A stretch of 46,731 bases of DNA. It comes from a virus (lineage: Duplodnaviria; Heunggongvirae; Uroviricota; Caudoviricetes). Positions 46,300 to 46,731 of the stretch are shown here, piece after piece. The DNA is taken from IMG/VR virus record IMGVR_UViG_2529292726_000019; one strand, written 5' to 3'. Every line of letters starts with the position of its first letter. The first letter of the stretch is position 1. The position numbers and the translations under genes are program-made. The notes below the pieces were generated by a model. It ran no database searches. It saw only the letters and a program-made list of their open reading frames with translations, and was not told the origin of the DNA.

Positions 46300-46361
46300 G
46301 TGTTTTTCTTTTGTGGTTTGGCAAAAGAAAAGTTGTTTCACCAATGAATCAAGCGTGGAGG

Positions 46362-46731
46362 TGTTCTCCACTATTAGACGTCAACTAGTTTTGCCGACTC
46401 GCGCCAACTATACTGGCCGCACCCTTCAGTGCGACATCAAGTCGCGCTTGTTACTGCCTTCGCTGTCTTTTTCCTGTAGCTTTCACCTTTCAGTTCGAAC
46501 ATATATCCGTGATGGATCAGCCGGTCTGCCGCCGCCACCGCCATAGTCTCATCCACGAAGATGCTGCCCCACATGCTGAACGGATGGTTACTGGTTATCA
46601 CCAGGCTCCCACGTTCATAGCGATGCGCTATTAACTCGAACAGTACTCCCGTTTCGGCGCTGTCGCGTTTGACATAGCCAAGATCATCCACCACTATCAC
46701 ACGGTATCGATCCAGTTTCAGTAGCAGCTCA
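46362..46731 (-). mobile_element. IS21-family insertion sequence, partial right-hand copy: terminal inverted repeat (46362 to about 46436) plus 3' end of istB
   Basis: Terminus TGTTCTCC... is an inverted-repeat match to the left window end and is followed by an IstB-like ORF. Confidence 0.55.
46437..46731 (-). CDS. istB: IstB-like ATP-binding transposition helper, C-terminal fragment (ORF runs off the window end)
   Basis: DDLGY...ITSNHPFSMWGSIF...DRLIHHGYMFELKGESYR resembles the IstB C-terminus (DExx box, TSN, RLxHH, GESYR). Confidence 0.6.
   Translation of the reverse strand, partial: ELLLKLDRYRVIVVDDLGYVKRDSAETGVLFELIAHRYERGSLVITSNHPFSMWGSIFVDETMAVAAADRLIHHGYMFELKGESYRKKTAKAVTSAT

Overview
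This 46.7-kb window reads as the DNA-replication and nucleotide-metabolism module of a large temperate phage or phage-plasmid, bounded at both ends by partial IS21-family insertion sequences. All calls rest on reading the six-frame translations and the DNA by eye; no database search or folding program was run, so family assignments are motif-level and boundaries are approximate. Nearly every gene lies on the minus strand. Confidently recognised products include ribonucleotide reductase NrdA/NrdB, thymidylate synthase, dihydrofolate reductase, RNase HI, a Dam-like N6-adenine methyltransferase, SbcC/SbcD-like nuclease, RecA-like recombinase, a T4 gp32-like SSB, a 5'-3' flap exonuclease, a DnaE-type Pol III alpha subunit, a CobS/CobT-like AAA+/vWA pair, a tyrosine recombinase, ATP-dependent DNA ligase, a DnaG-like primase and four tRNAs (Ser, Thr, Tyr, Asn). 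The only long plus-strand gene block is an iteron-flanked RepA replicon resembling phage P1 oriR/incC/incA. I could not single out one clearly novel system; the candidates I rank highest are the lox-like palindrome beside the recombinase, the dispersed palindrome and start-region motifs, the paralogous hairpin elements in the tRNA cluster, and the CobS/CobT-like pair co-transcribed with dnaE. The content is not T5-like despite the shared nucleotide-metabolism genes, and any phage-plasmid assignment is inference.
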